From the IMG/VR virus record IMGVR_UViG_3300025132_000001: a stretch of DNA of 24,840 nucleotides. The stretch is one strand, 5' to 3'. The translations under genes and the position numbers were made by a program. The notes beneath the pieces were generated by a model. The model had not been told where the DNA came from. It saw nothing but the letters and a program-made list of their open reading frames with translations, and made no database searches. Below are positions 12,301 to 20,300 of the stretch, one piece after another. This DNA is from an uncultured virus (IMG/VR IMGVR_UViG_3300025132_000001). Its lineage: Duplodnaviria > Heunggongvirae > Uroviricota > Caudoviricetes. Positions within the stretch are counted from its first letter, which is position 1. Each line of letters begins with the position of its first letter.

Positions 12301-15300
12301 TGAAATAATGACTGCTAGAGCTATACAAAATGGAGATAAATCTAAAAGAATAAAAGGATTAACTACTAATGGTAGAGCAGATCTACAATTTTTTAAAGAG
12401 ATTCCTGTTTTAAATTCTTTTGCAAGAAAATATATATCACAAAAAACAGTTGTAACTGAAGAATTATTACAAGACGCACTATTAGATCCTGCTGTCGTTA
12501 AAGCAATGGCATCTATTCTAGATAAAGCAATAGCAGATACTAAAAATGCTTTAGAAAAGTATCATATTATTGATATTGATAATGATGGAATTGTTTTTAA
12601 TAGAGGTATTGATAATTTATTATTAAATAATTTATATAAAGAGTTTAATATAGATAATGCAAGAAAAGGAATAGATCCTGAAAGCGTTGAAGAAGTAACT
12701 AATAAATTAAAGCCAGAATTTTCAGATAGACTATTTATGCAATTAGCTGCATTACAATTAACAGGAATGTTTGAACAATCTAAATTAGTTCTTGGTAATT
12801 TAAATTTATATAATGATCTATTTAAAAGAACTTCTCTAACAGTAGGTACAAAAGATTATCCTTTTGCTGATCAAGGTATTTTAAGTTGGATGGATATAAA
12901 TATGCCTAATCTTATAAACCCAGGTAAAAATCATACAGATATAGTTACGACTGTTACAAGAGCTGAGTTTACTCAAGGTTCTACTTATTTAAATAGTTAT
13001 GTAAAAATATTAGAAGTTTTAGGTAGACAAGATCTTATTCCTGCAGTAGCAGGCGCTTTTTCTAATATGGATATTTTTGATGGTGGTGGATTTATTCAAT
13101 TAGATTTTTATAGACGAGTTTTATTTTTAACTAATAATTGGGGTAATAAACAAGAAGAAGTTTATCAAAAATTATCTAACAATGAAGAACTAACAGCAGA
13201 TGATATTGGCCATTTACCTCCTATAAAACCACAAGTATTTGCAGATCTAAACTTAGACGGCGTAAATTTAAAGAAAGGAGATAAATTTGCACTTTATCCA
13301 GTTCATCCACAATTATCTAAAACACTTTCAACTATTGCAAATAACCAAAGAACTGTAATGGATGATATTTTTGAAGAAATGAATTCTTTTGGTTTAGATT
13401 ATATTACTTTCGAGTCTAGTACAAAAGTAGGGGCAGTACAAAATGAAAGAGGATTTGATCCTATACTAGATAATGAAACTAGAGTGTTTATGCCTTTACA
13501 AGATGAACGAGCATTTGTTACATATAATTTAAATGATTTTGGGATTCAAGTAGATCCTAAATTTAAGTTTTCAAAATCAGTAGCTGCACCAACACAGGGT
13601 ACTTCTTTATTACCTTCTGATATATATAGTAATGGGCAATTAAATCCTAATTATATAGGAAAAGAGTTTAAACCTGATATGACATTTGAGCAAGCTATTA
13701 ATTATTATCATTCTTTAAATACTGAAATTATAAAGAAAGATGTAAATAATTTAGCTAGAAAGTTAGGTTTTATTGAAATAATGACACCACAAGGAAGCAC
13801 ATTTACTTTAATTAACAAAAGAAATAAAAAAGCAGTAGAGCGTTCTATTCTAGAGGAATTACAAAGAAGAGAGCTTCCTATTCATACACAACAAGCTATT
13901 ATGGCAGTTTTCAGATCTCCTGAAACGACGTTAATAAATCAACTTCCTGAAAAAAATAGAATAGAAAATATTTTATACTCTATTGTTAATAACACCGTGA
14001 TCAGAAGAAAGATGACTGGAGAGATGAGTGTAATACAGTCTTCTATGGGATATGAGTTAAGTATACAAAATGAAGGAGGAGTATTTGCTACTATAGACCA
14101 AGTTAAAGAAGAAGGTTTAGATTTAACTCCTTTAAAGTTTTATGCTAAAGATGTTACTCAATTACCTAATGAAACTGATGAAGCTTTCTATGCTAGAGCT
14201 GCAAATAGTAAAACTATGGGCATGGAAGTATATTTACCATATAGTTATAAATCGTTCTTACCAAATCTTGAACCAGGAGCTAAAATTGATCCAGATGTAT
14301 TACAAATATTAGGATATCGTATTCCTACAGAAGGATTAAATTCTATTGAATTTATGATTGTTAAAGATTTTTTACCTCCTCAAAGTGGATCTAGAATTAT
14401 TGTGCCTAATGAAATGGTAGCAAAAGCAGGTGCCGATTTTGATATTGATAAATTAACTTTATTCTTCCCTAATGTAGAATATAATGCTGATACAAATACT
14501 ATTTCTCGTTCTAAAAATATAGAAAGTATTGCAGAGTTAAGAATAAAAGATCCTAATGCTTATATTTCAGCAGCTGTACAACTTTACAAACAATTTGGTA
14601 GTGGGCAAGATTTACTTACTTTTATTAATACATTTAATAGAATTAAAAATGAAGTAAAACTAGAAGAGCAAGAAGCTGAATATGCAGCATTAGATAATGA
14701 ATTGTCTAATCTAGGGTTTTATGAAGGAGCTTTAACACAATTTGAACAGCAGTCTACAGCAGTATTACAAAATAGATTACAAGATTTTATTAGAGATATG
14801 TTATCTCATGAATTAAGTTTTGATCAATTAATTTCTCCTGTAGGTGCTTTTGAAGTTAAGTCTATAGCTGATCAAATACAAGCTAAAAAAATACAGCATG
14901 GAGAAGCTAAAGGAAATATTATTGGTGGACAAAATGGAATTTCATTAATTACTGAAACAGATAATATTTTTGATAAGTTAAGTATTGAAGGAATGGTTGA
15001 AACTTCATATCAAATGTGGTCAACTTTAGGGGGTACAGGAATCGTGGCAAGCTCTATTACAAACTACATTAAAGGACAACGTGCAGGATTAGGTATTAAT
15101 AACTCTTCAGATGCAGTCTTTAATTTTGCAGGATTTGAAAATAATCAAAATGTATCTTTAAGTAATGTTTACGATTTAAATGGTGCAAGGATTAGTAATT
15201 CTATGCGTCAGTATATTACAGCTTATGTGGATGGAGAAAAAGATCCATTTATTATGTTTGTAAACGGAGGTAAAGCATCTGCAGGTGTACATATGTTACT

Positions 15301-17329
15301 ATTAAGAGCTGGAGTACCTTTAAAAACTGTATTATACTTTATGTCTCAACCTATTATCTCAGAATATTTAGAGTTAGTTAATCTACAAAAAGGAGAGCAT
15401 ACTAAAATGTATGGATCTAAAAAAGATTTATATAGAGAAAGTAAAATAAGAGAAACTTTATTAAAATCATATGTAGCAGAACCATTACTTACTCCTGTTA
15501 AATTTTCTACAAACCAGACAGATGACACAGGATTATTAGAAACTATGGTTTATAAAACTAAACTTTCTGGTAAATCTAATTCAATGACAGAAGTAGAACG
15601 TGCTATGCAAAAGCAAATTTTTGAAGATTTTCTACGTTATAAAGATATTGCTGAAGATCTAAGAAAATTACAAGTTATTACATCTTTTGATACAGCTAAA
15701 TTTAAAAATGGAAATGAAGTTATTCAGATGACTGCATTACAAAATATGGTAGCTCAAAAAAATAGATTTTTAAATTGGGAAAGAATGATTGCTGGAACTT
15801 TATTACAACCATTATCTGAAACTGTTTCAAATTTTGGACCTGGTATTATGAGTAATTTCGATTTAAAGTATGCAAAATCAGAAACTAATCAATTACCATT
15901 TATAATGAAAATGGTTCAAATGGCTACAGATGAGTTAAATACTGGTACAACTTCAGAAGCAGTACAATATTTATTAGAACAATTTGATAATCATATTTCT
16001 GCACATGTATTACATCAAACAGCTTCTGCTAATAAAGGATGGACCAATCACATGGGAGATAGATTAAGATCTTTATTTGTGGGAGAAAATAGTTTAGCTA
16101 AACGAATTAGAGATATACAAACAAGTAATAACGATTTAAGATTAAATGGTTTTATATCTTCTTTGCGTCCTGTTATTTCTCCACATCAAAATTCAAGTTC
16201 ATATGAATATACTATTGATAAATTAACTTTAAGAGATAAACAATTAACGACAGAAGATTTAGATGTTTTAGCAAATGAATTTCAAGAAATACAAGCATCT
16301 GATCCAAATCTTGCACAAGATATTATACTGTATTCATTATTAAAATCAGGTATAGCTTATAGTCCTACATCTTTCTTTGAAGCGATCCCAGGAATAGAAG
16401 TTAATAAAATAACTAAAGATATTTTTAGAAACGTACTTGAATATATTAAAATTGATAGATTTAATGAACAAGTAGAAGTTATATATCAAAACTTTTTAGA
16501 TAATAAATGGAATGATAGAAAAATAACAAATTCTTTATGGCACTCTACAGTTCCAAAATGGAATGAAAATAAATCTTTTGAAAGTCTTGAAAATTATGGT
16601 CCTAGAGTAGTTATTATGAAACCTTATAAATCTTCTCAAAAAGGATTAATTGTTAAAGATAAAATTTTACATTTCTTTTATAAGAGAAATGATTTAAAAG
16701 AAAGAATAGAAGAAAATACAACAGAAGGTATTACTTCTACATATTTTACATATGAGCTTCAGCCTGCTAAAGGAATTAGAAATGAATTAATTGAGACTCA
16801 AGAAGGGCCTTCAATTCATAATGCTAATAATGAAAGTAGACCTACAGTAGATCTGTTAGTAACTCCTTCTACAGTGCAAAATGTAGCTAAAGGATCTCAA
16901 GTATTATTGGCTAGACCATTAAATGCTAAACGATTAACTTCAGGTAGATATATGTTATGGTCTGAAAATTCTAAAAATAAAATATTAGTTAGACTTGAAG
17001 AGGTTGGAGGTTTTAATATTAAAAGTTTGAAAAAGAATAAAAATTTCACTAAATTTGGCATAAAAGAAGAGGGGGATATTTATAATGTTTTAGCTAAAAA
17101 ATTAGGGTACACTACTGCACTAGAAATGAAAAAATCTAAAGCAATGGGTAATTTCTCAAAAAATTATATGAAAGTATTTTATGAAATAACGCCTGTAGTT
17201 CAAACAAGTAATACGCAAATAGGTGAAAAAGTAACTTCACCATTAGATACTCAACAAGCTTTAGGATTAAGTGAAAAAGAAAAAGAAGTAATGAAAGAGA
17301 ATATAAATAATCTAAATAACCAATGTTAA
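3368..17329 (+). CDS. Giant crAss-like virion RNA polymerase polyprotein (4653 aa): cargo/membrane region, zincin protease and single-chain two-barrel RNAP
   Basis: Uninterrupted 14-kb ORF. Catalytic loop AGADFDIDK (DFDID at 14435-14449, aa 3690) matches the DFDID motif known from phi14:2 gp66-type polymerases. GYRIPTEG (R at 14318) corresponds to the beta-prime R-x-P-T motif. DGGGFI (13079), PIKPQ, ESSTKVG and YVDGEKDP (15224) resemble conserved motifs of RNAi-RdRP-related two-barrel polymerases. HETWH lies at 10199-10213. Confidence 0.93.
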   Translation: MAKRKKYQSEGVLDYDAWNQEFNEEFAGQTAPDAEISTVPQPFKETNFNLLDAVITTSENREETFNQAINQNSNWSPLHGATFNVPDYESYQKYIDRPFSFISDDPDDMRARNQSFGEKALYGTTKLLTRTGTNILGSTVGLFYGGASYIDTLVTGGPDASPWKSFWDNDFQRSLDGINDWMDNQLPHYYTKEEQQYNFFRSMGTANFWFNDFTQGASFVMGAVLSEALMRGLGNSAAVSKANELFRKSFSKGKYEKVGITQQERMNSFMKNVVRPRQLSNAAVRLRQLGTGAMYEAGVESRHNYDRTLEHLVQMHKDDNNGQQPNVQDMADYVDIATKTANSVWAGNVALVGYGNYMMFPKIFGKGYNGTKANLRNKIKTQNTILPRGKTRTYKNIRDDYGKFEGMMRNISRILKVPLYEGFVEEGGQKVLDLAGHHAAETFYLAKADPTYKLAVGELMNSMDDVWAKAYGSTEGQKEIGIGFLLALMGVPGYSNTANKGKGGWTWVGGAMQREAEFKKEQEQVEKLVALVKKHPHLWDATEANFNALVRAEVLKDIQDAGLVVNSSFQFKNSENNEMLNLILKKIQAGLDFTLYEDIDYIRNMRVDKFRETFGWMDLADLTDDQIKTKRNETADLFANKIEEVKEMYNIASTTFTNFGADQLFSVVEAMAVPKDSDTRMAAMNKEARELMGGNIELEVETENVSDLNKNEQQGLLDRLSNIWNRLTGKQKDNINKSPEGKRTKRKLGINEFTKASHVEELFVTITEDVAALDRKIKEVESDTTLTEKQREKELKKLELEKEALHQRTAELSKGIKEGLDPDLSSQEQEILDKWKKQDPAGYEQNSEKVINLLKDMRLLRARAHRATDMLNYLKAEHNVALRENSTWSKVGKHLPRPEILRQRMIGYQTDLSKNITDTELKKIYDRYAGSFIEFDYTRSSKVVIGDYKKHAAENNLLDSVTALALDKINTGKMSEQDAWKQALEEKGIPLEEHAEKTYRVFVQKDSGTTNESKVLIIYPNKLTIELMREKEILERVLEENATNETAKEQLEAIERRLAAIGTKPQVRSLSWLKGIKNIRRVDKNIVIKEELELILESTEEDLLKSINGQHENIKKLEDEIKEIAQQLRLYRKAEREYRKSPKTDKGNVYIKIPGVRGRGFTAQGLANKIQSFQDKQSALKLEVEALDIRLKTHSTRLATFFQLKEQLGEETSYPDFANTVQEYFDERWKGDKLMLEQLRNTEAFMNNPIIKGIWKDLDPQNDQTELIDVLTNIVVTNKEPVGEELEILQEAQAELHQRVEALRAAAERLGKEITFKKDGTFSLRGKVKEATTRAEYQAYLAEIKELEAAIELLESNKIAESFAGAETVLQTRVQRWNRHIQLSNTIVDNITSIQQIIADLTGIKQDVIDYESNPYSVEGDMTQEEFENAVEDANKKLKPGQRSKAYTNSVPIHIHGFKKTIGNHIQAIQRRRELVEKDVLTPQEQRELAAMEAQLRFFYVSHIMRYKRNKSEILRKDELAFEDYAIAFVHRGMFSKENMDKLPDTWKSVMQAENSFLFWDTKTKNYKEAKSTGWSKTLGAKVKNEKDEHILAVIVNKKTGAPLLEDGMPVYTGVMTAELTEEVVDVTGKKQNITRGQRTDLKKGAKKVMVKRPGERTAKEAWVGTPLPAVKVLADEHASFRQEILQQTEPLAVDISGKSHGLTNFDQGVQRKVASSLVANEDLVKDIQLGVSTDKVQNKVIVGKREYKVKAGFAFIDHNDNIYKVRVDKLNAFYVKQVYNMLRLYARNYFNDKIVLENKNKFMNVSADNVAQKVTEKSITQQIKDLIYFGSHTKTREKRAYKIYFENNKLYFGNSVMDLTELNDPESFSEIHTALQEHLANMYHQINGINISKDYAARTTYTSKNNQKHKAWKQKLDKASKQGGWTNAKITAAVGKEKSKLFALKNKWLKKNPEPKAVFQPYEKYTEVMVNDNLEVTQREWSNYTEFLLSQGKRNTPTAREIDEIPIKLELSAHPGALTGSNKHLNASKIGVYLNFGKAKAVSELKRLNKLQVTSPNVTPEQQEASKLLPNSGIEVGQTYDYKTPTGQKLRFTLKGINADLSLDISIKKEKIDGKLVEVYYEPNGTMKPMGPKYRSYLTGQDSAGVWVGETGMLWTLVTDSKGRTAQLVKIPTILPSPEPGETNQTPTNPFPGGMGSNKGGKSMSKTTIEIRDAHETMNYKKEYEKFVKMVPKDSKGNPIFKVRRVRNLLNGTSHGYWSGVADILLDLEAQTGALYHETWHAIEDRLLTPQEIAGVRTEVRNIKGKTSLFGAPIKMEALTDEQISEWMAEEFRHYVLNEGNYKIGSNVQKSVLRKLFEFIFKFLNNLNVSQDLFKKVHTGHYNKAVENYTLFEPKTGKAMSKSRISGAVEKKIVESMSVELFHILNERDTSISEILNMEQSDLSFTLYEAYGSASAYAESVANGSPDSNTVWAQLMVSLQNEVTQIDEYLKNTKNLHPDFIANEEARKMGYILTAQALNNDAYWDKLKKWNLKNLQGLQINANLAEVIDLDQMEGLEESEEISKDKVATVNPNKINPVKLLSPEIKVLLKTLPVQNFSNNIAGTSALAEYGEVIRNLYKNLSNKDTLFDMWYALEQLASEDATYKVLMQRLKIEDYAAGFDNLDNTEMALMVAFFTGFNKAADSYVTQLVSKTGGRNFVNSNTNLIENLTMQRWKEGFQNSLFRKNLGALNEDGVYVLNTDAKLTIQGKTKKLGEWFKSRKDKDTMLILLNELGIVFSNMDNVTELLDSPIAEKEFMTAASRIFSEFTQLDNIVDIFEDGGVFGRIKQLVTIERLTTLKAVTLQHPNVNGDLVYGITKKHYINKLADKLNKTDSEVENLLKFENLKNSVWLNRILNGEKLEIRILEGVRNRNDKRGHDISKTIKANIANMHVNSILEGYVPLIVTGNKKTSRSLRVGEPGIIPRQTMLQRLTAYLVDEIMTARAIQNGDKSKRIKGLTTNGRADLQFFKEIPVLNSFARKYISQKTVVTEELLQDALLDPAVVKAMASILDKAIADTKNALEKYHIIDIDNDGIVFNRGIDNLLLNNLYKEFNIDNARKGIDPESVEEVTNKLKPEFSDRLFMQLAALQLTGMFEQSKLVLGNLNLYNDLFKRTSLTVGTKDYPFADQGILSWMDINMPNLINPGKNHTDIVTTVTRAEFTQGSTYLNSYVKILEVLGRQDLIPAVAGAFSNMDIFDGGGFIQLDFYRRVLFLTNNWGNKQEEVYQKLSNNEELTADDIGHLPPIKPQVFADLNLDGVNLKKGDKFALYPVHPQLSKTLSTIANNQRTVMDDIFEEMNSFGLDYITFESSTKVGAVQNERGFDPILDNETRVFMPLQDERAFVTYNLNDFGIQVDPKFKFSKSVAAPTQGTSLLPSDIYSNGQLNPNYIGKEFKPDMTFEQAINYYHSLNTEIIKKDVNNLARKLGFIEIMTPQGSTFTLINKRNKKAVERSILEELQRRELPIHTQQAIMAVFRSPETTLINQLPEKNRIENILYSIVNNTVIRRKMTGEMSVIQSSMGYELSIQNEGGVFATIDQVKEEGLDLTPLKFYAKDVTQLPNETDEAFYARAANSKTMGMEVYLPYSYKSFLPNLEPGAKIDPDVLQILGYRIPTEGLNSIEFMIVKDFLPPQSGSRIIVPNEMVAKAGADFDIDKLTLFFPNVEYNADTNTISRSKNIESIAELRIKDPNAYISAAVQLYKQFGSGQDLLTFINTFNRIKNEVKLEEQEAEYAALDNELSNLGFYEGALTQFEQQSTAVLQNRLQDFIRDMLSHELSFDQLISPVGAFEVKSIADQIQAKKIQHGEAKGNIIGGQNGISLITETDNIFDKLSIEGMVETSYQMWSTLGGTGIVASSITNYIKGQRAGLGINNSSDAVFNFAGFENNQNVSLSNVYDLNGARISNSMRQYITAYVDGEKDPFIMFVNGGKASAGVHMLLLRAGVPLKTVLYFMSQPIISEYLELVNLQKGEHTKMYGSKKDLYRESKIRETLLKSYVAEPLLTPVKFSTNQTDDTGLLETMVYKTKLSGKSNSMTEVERAMQKQIFEDFLRYKDIAEDLRKLQVITSFDTAKFKNGNEVIQMTALQNMVAQKNRFLNWERMIAGTLLQPLSETVSNFGPGIMSNFDLKYAKSETNQLPFIMKMVQMATDELNTGTTSEAVQYLLEQFDNHISAHVLHQTASANKGWTNHMGDRLRSLFVGENSLAKRIRDIQTSNNDLRLNGFISSLRPVISPHQNSSSYEYTIDKLTLRDKQLTTEDLDVLANEFQEIQASDPNLAQDIILYSLLKSGIAYSPTSFFEAIPGIEVNKITKDIFRNVLEYIKIDRFNEQVEVIYQNFLDNKWNDRKITNSLWHSTVPKWNENKSFESLENYGPRVVIMKPYKSSQKGLIVKDKILHFFYKRNDLKERIEENTTEGITSTYFTYELQPAKGIRNELIETQEGPSIHNANNESRPTVDLLVTPSTVQNVAKGSQVLLARPLNAKRLTSGRYMLWSENSKNKILVRLEEVGGFNIKSLKKNKNFTKFGIKEEGDIYNVLAKKLGYTTALEMKKSKAMGNFSKNYMKVFYEITPVVQTSNTQIGEKVTSPLDTQQALGLSEKEKEVMKENINNLNNQC
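9989..10558 (+). other. Zincin-like metallopeptidase domain within the vRNAP polyprotein
   Basis: ALYHETWHAI is an HExxH motif (aa 2278-2282). EWMAEEF at 10346-10366 supplies a candidate third ligand, followed by the amphipathic helix VLRKLFEFIFKFL. A Pro/Gly-rich linker (about 9884-9973) precedes it. Boundaries are approximate. Confidence 0.8.
12760..15370 (+). other. Catalytic core of the two-barrel RNA polymerase (beta-like and beta-prime-like DPBB regions in one chain)
   Basis: Motifs occur in order: DLFKR, DGGGFI, PIKPQ, DKFALYP, ESSTKVG, GYRIPTEGLNS, GADFDIDKL, YVDGEKDP. Boundaries are approximate. Confidence 0.85.
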
Positions 17330-17330
17330 T

Positions 17331-20300
17331 ATGGCTTGTAGAGTTATAAAAAATGATCAAGGAAGAGTAATTGAAGTGTATCAAGAAAATGGTACACCTT
17401 CAGTTCTATTTACTCAAATATCTGAAGTATTACCTGATGCTGATCTTGCTTATGCAACTTATCATAGAGCAATGATAGACTCTCAAAGCAATATTGAACC
17501 TACATTTGAAAGTGTATTACCTTATGTACAAGCAGCTAGAAACAATTCAATCGAATACAAAAAAGTTCTTTTAGAAGCAGATGTTCAAAATAAAGAAACT
17601 GCTTTAATAGAAAATCTAGACAATTTTTTAAGAAGTATCAATGTTAATGTATCAATTGTTAATAATCTTGTAGATACAACTACAGATAAACCTATATCTA
17701 TAGCTGCTAGAGCTCGTTTAGGGCAGAAATTAATTGAAATTGCTCAAGATCGTGCTACTTTAAAAGATTTTGCAGAAGAAGGTGCTCACTTTTTAGTTGA
17801 AATATTAAGAGAAACTCAAGCCCCTTTATACACTGGTATGGAACAGTTAGTTACTTCTTATCAGATCTATAAAGATATGATGAAGGAAGATAATTTTTAT
17901 TATCAAAAATATAAAGGAGATCAAGATTTAATAAAAAGAGAAGCTATGGCTAAAATAATAGCTTTAAATTTACTAAATAAAAATTTAGACTCTCAACATG
18001 TCGACACTTCTTTTCAAGAAAGTCCTGAAAAATTATCTAGATTAGAAAGATGGGGAAAAAGATTAGTAGCTTGGATTAAAAAGTTATGGGGATCTGTTTC
18101 AGGAAATGCTTTTGTACAAAGTTCTCAACTTATACTAAATAATTCTTTAGATGAATATTTAGCAGCACAAGGATTATTATCTGCAAAAGAAACTGCAGGA
18201 AATGTAGTATTACCTAATTTAGAAATGCCTTCTGTAGGCCAGCCTAATACTGATACAAAAACAAAAGACATTGTCACACGACTAGATAAATACGATGTTT
18301 ATGAATTAAAAGATGATATTCCTGTTGGAGAAAAGAAATATTGGAAACTTTTAACTGATCAGTCTGATTTATATATTCAAAGATATGTACATAAAGATGA
18401 CGCTTCAAAAATTTTAGAGGTAAGGATGACTGATGCTGCGCAACTGCTCTATCTACAAAAACAAAAAGGTAGAAAATTACCTTATCAAAGTAAAGAAGAA
18501 AAAAAATTCTGGGAAGAGGTAATGGCTAAAAGAGCTGCAACAGGTACTGCAGGTCACAATACATTAGAGGCATTATTACGTTATCACACAAAAGATAAAA
18601 ATATTAAAAGTGATGAAACCACTTTACTTCAAATACAACAAAAGTATGGGTTTAACGATGTTCATTTTAGATTATTAAATGCAAATTTAAAAGCTTTATT
18701 AAAACATACTGCTAATATACAAAAACAAATTGATCCTGAACAATCTCCTATTTATAGACCTGAACAATTTGTTATTAATAAAACAGAAGACGCAGGGGGT
18801 ACAATTGACTTGTTAGTAATTTATAGTAATGGTACTGCTTCTATTTATGATTATAAGTTTTCTACTCCTAGTAAAATGCATTTACACTGGCGTAATAAAC
18901 AACGTGTATTAAAAAGTGATCCGTGGGCAGATAAAACAGAGCAGTACGATGTTCAAATTTCAGGATATAAACAAGCATTATTAGATAAATATGGTATTAC
19001 TGATGTTATTGAATCTAGAATTATTCCTGTGGCTGTATATTATGAAGTCGTAAAAGGTAAACCTACTTCTAGAGTCGTTTCAATGAAGATGGGGGGACAT
19101 TTTTTAAGCGAATTATATACTGCAGAAGAAAAGAAAATATTAAAAGAAGATCCAGACGCAGGCTTTTTAGAACCTATTCCTGTAGCAGGAGAAAAAACAG
19201 GTATAGAAAGTATCGATAGGTTAATTACAAAAGAAAGAGATAGATTAGCAATTTTAATAAAAGAAAAAGGAGATGCTAATTTTCAAAAGAAACAAGTATT
19301 AACTAAAAGAATAGGATTTTCAAGAAACATTTTAAAAAGATTAGCATTAAAAAAGAATGTGGATAGTGCAATTATAGAAGCGTTTAGGGTTCGTAAAAGA
19401 GCTGAAGAGGGATTAGCTTCTAATAATCAAAATGAGAAAAATGAAGATGGAAGTGTTAATACAAAATACATGAAAGATGATGAGCTACAACAAGTTTATT
19501 TAGATCTAAAACATTTTGAAGGGTTTTTAAAACTACAAGATTTAATGGATCATTATGGAAAAATTCAAAAATCTGAGGAAGATGCAGGTAGAAAAAATGA
19601 AGAGTTGTGGAAAGAAATGGAAAAAGAAAAAGAGAATATTAAAAAATTACTTTCTGATGTAGGAGTGTTACAACTTACTTTAGAAGCAATTGAAAACAAA
19701 ATAGTAGAAAGAGCTCAAGATTATGTAAAAAAATTAGGAATGGATCCTCAATCTATAACTAATTATAACACGTCTATAACAGGTATAGGTAAATTAATGA
19801 TACCTTTATCTGCACAAACTAATCCTTACATGCGTGCTATTTATTTAACTAAAAGAGATATTAATTCTAAGATCACACAAGTTACAAAAGAATTAGCTGC
19901 AGAAATAGAAGATATTCAAAATGCTGTAATAGAAGAGTTTGGCCATACAGGAGTTCAAATTTATGATAAACTTATTAATCCTTATACAATGAATTTTTAT
20001 TCTAGATGGGATGAAAGTTGGAGAGAACAAAAAGAACAGGCTTTAGAGACAGGTAATGTTTCTTGGATAAAAGAACATTTTGAAATAAATCCTGCTTTTT
20101 TTGAAAAGAAAGGAAAATTTAATTTCCATACTATGAAAGCTGATATGGAAAAGATTGTTAGAGAGACTATGCAATCAAATCAAGACGGCAGTTTTACACA
20201 AAACCAAAAGAAAGAACTTGAAAGGTTATTGTCTAGATGGGATGTAAAAAGTTTTGATGCTGCTTGGTTAAATCCTAAAAACTTAACTGGTAGATTTGGA

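Noticed and set aside
3368..17329. Intein or self-splicing intron as an explanation for the ORF's size
   Set aside because: There is no internal Cys, no recognisable intein splice-junction or LAGLIDADG blocks, and no break in the reading frame.
3934..17384. Short - strand ORFs in the track (3934-4146, 4518-4706, 6361-6624, 15346-15528, 17136-17384)
   Set aside because: All are antisense to long coding genes, are 60-87 aa and Leu/Phe/Ser-rich as expected for shadow ORFs of an A-rich coding strand, and show no recognisable motifs.
18540..19040. Cas4 / CRISPR adaptation gene
   Set aside because: It lacks the four Fe-S cysteines, is embedded in a giant cargo protein, and no array or other cas genes are present.
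19925..19950. IEEFGH as a third zincin-like motif in the 1718-aa protein
   Set aside because: It lies at the end of a coiled-coil-like helix without the supporting downstream motifs and is probably a chance match.
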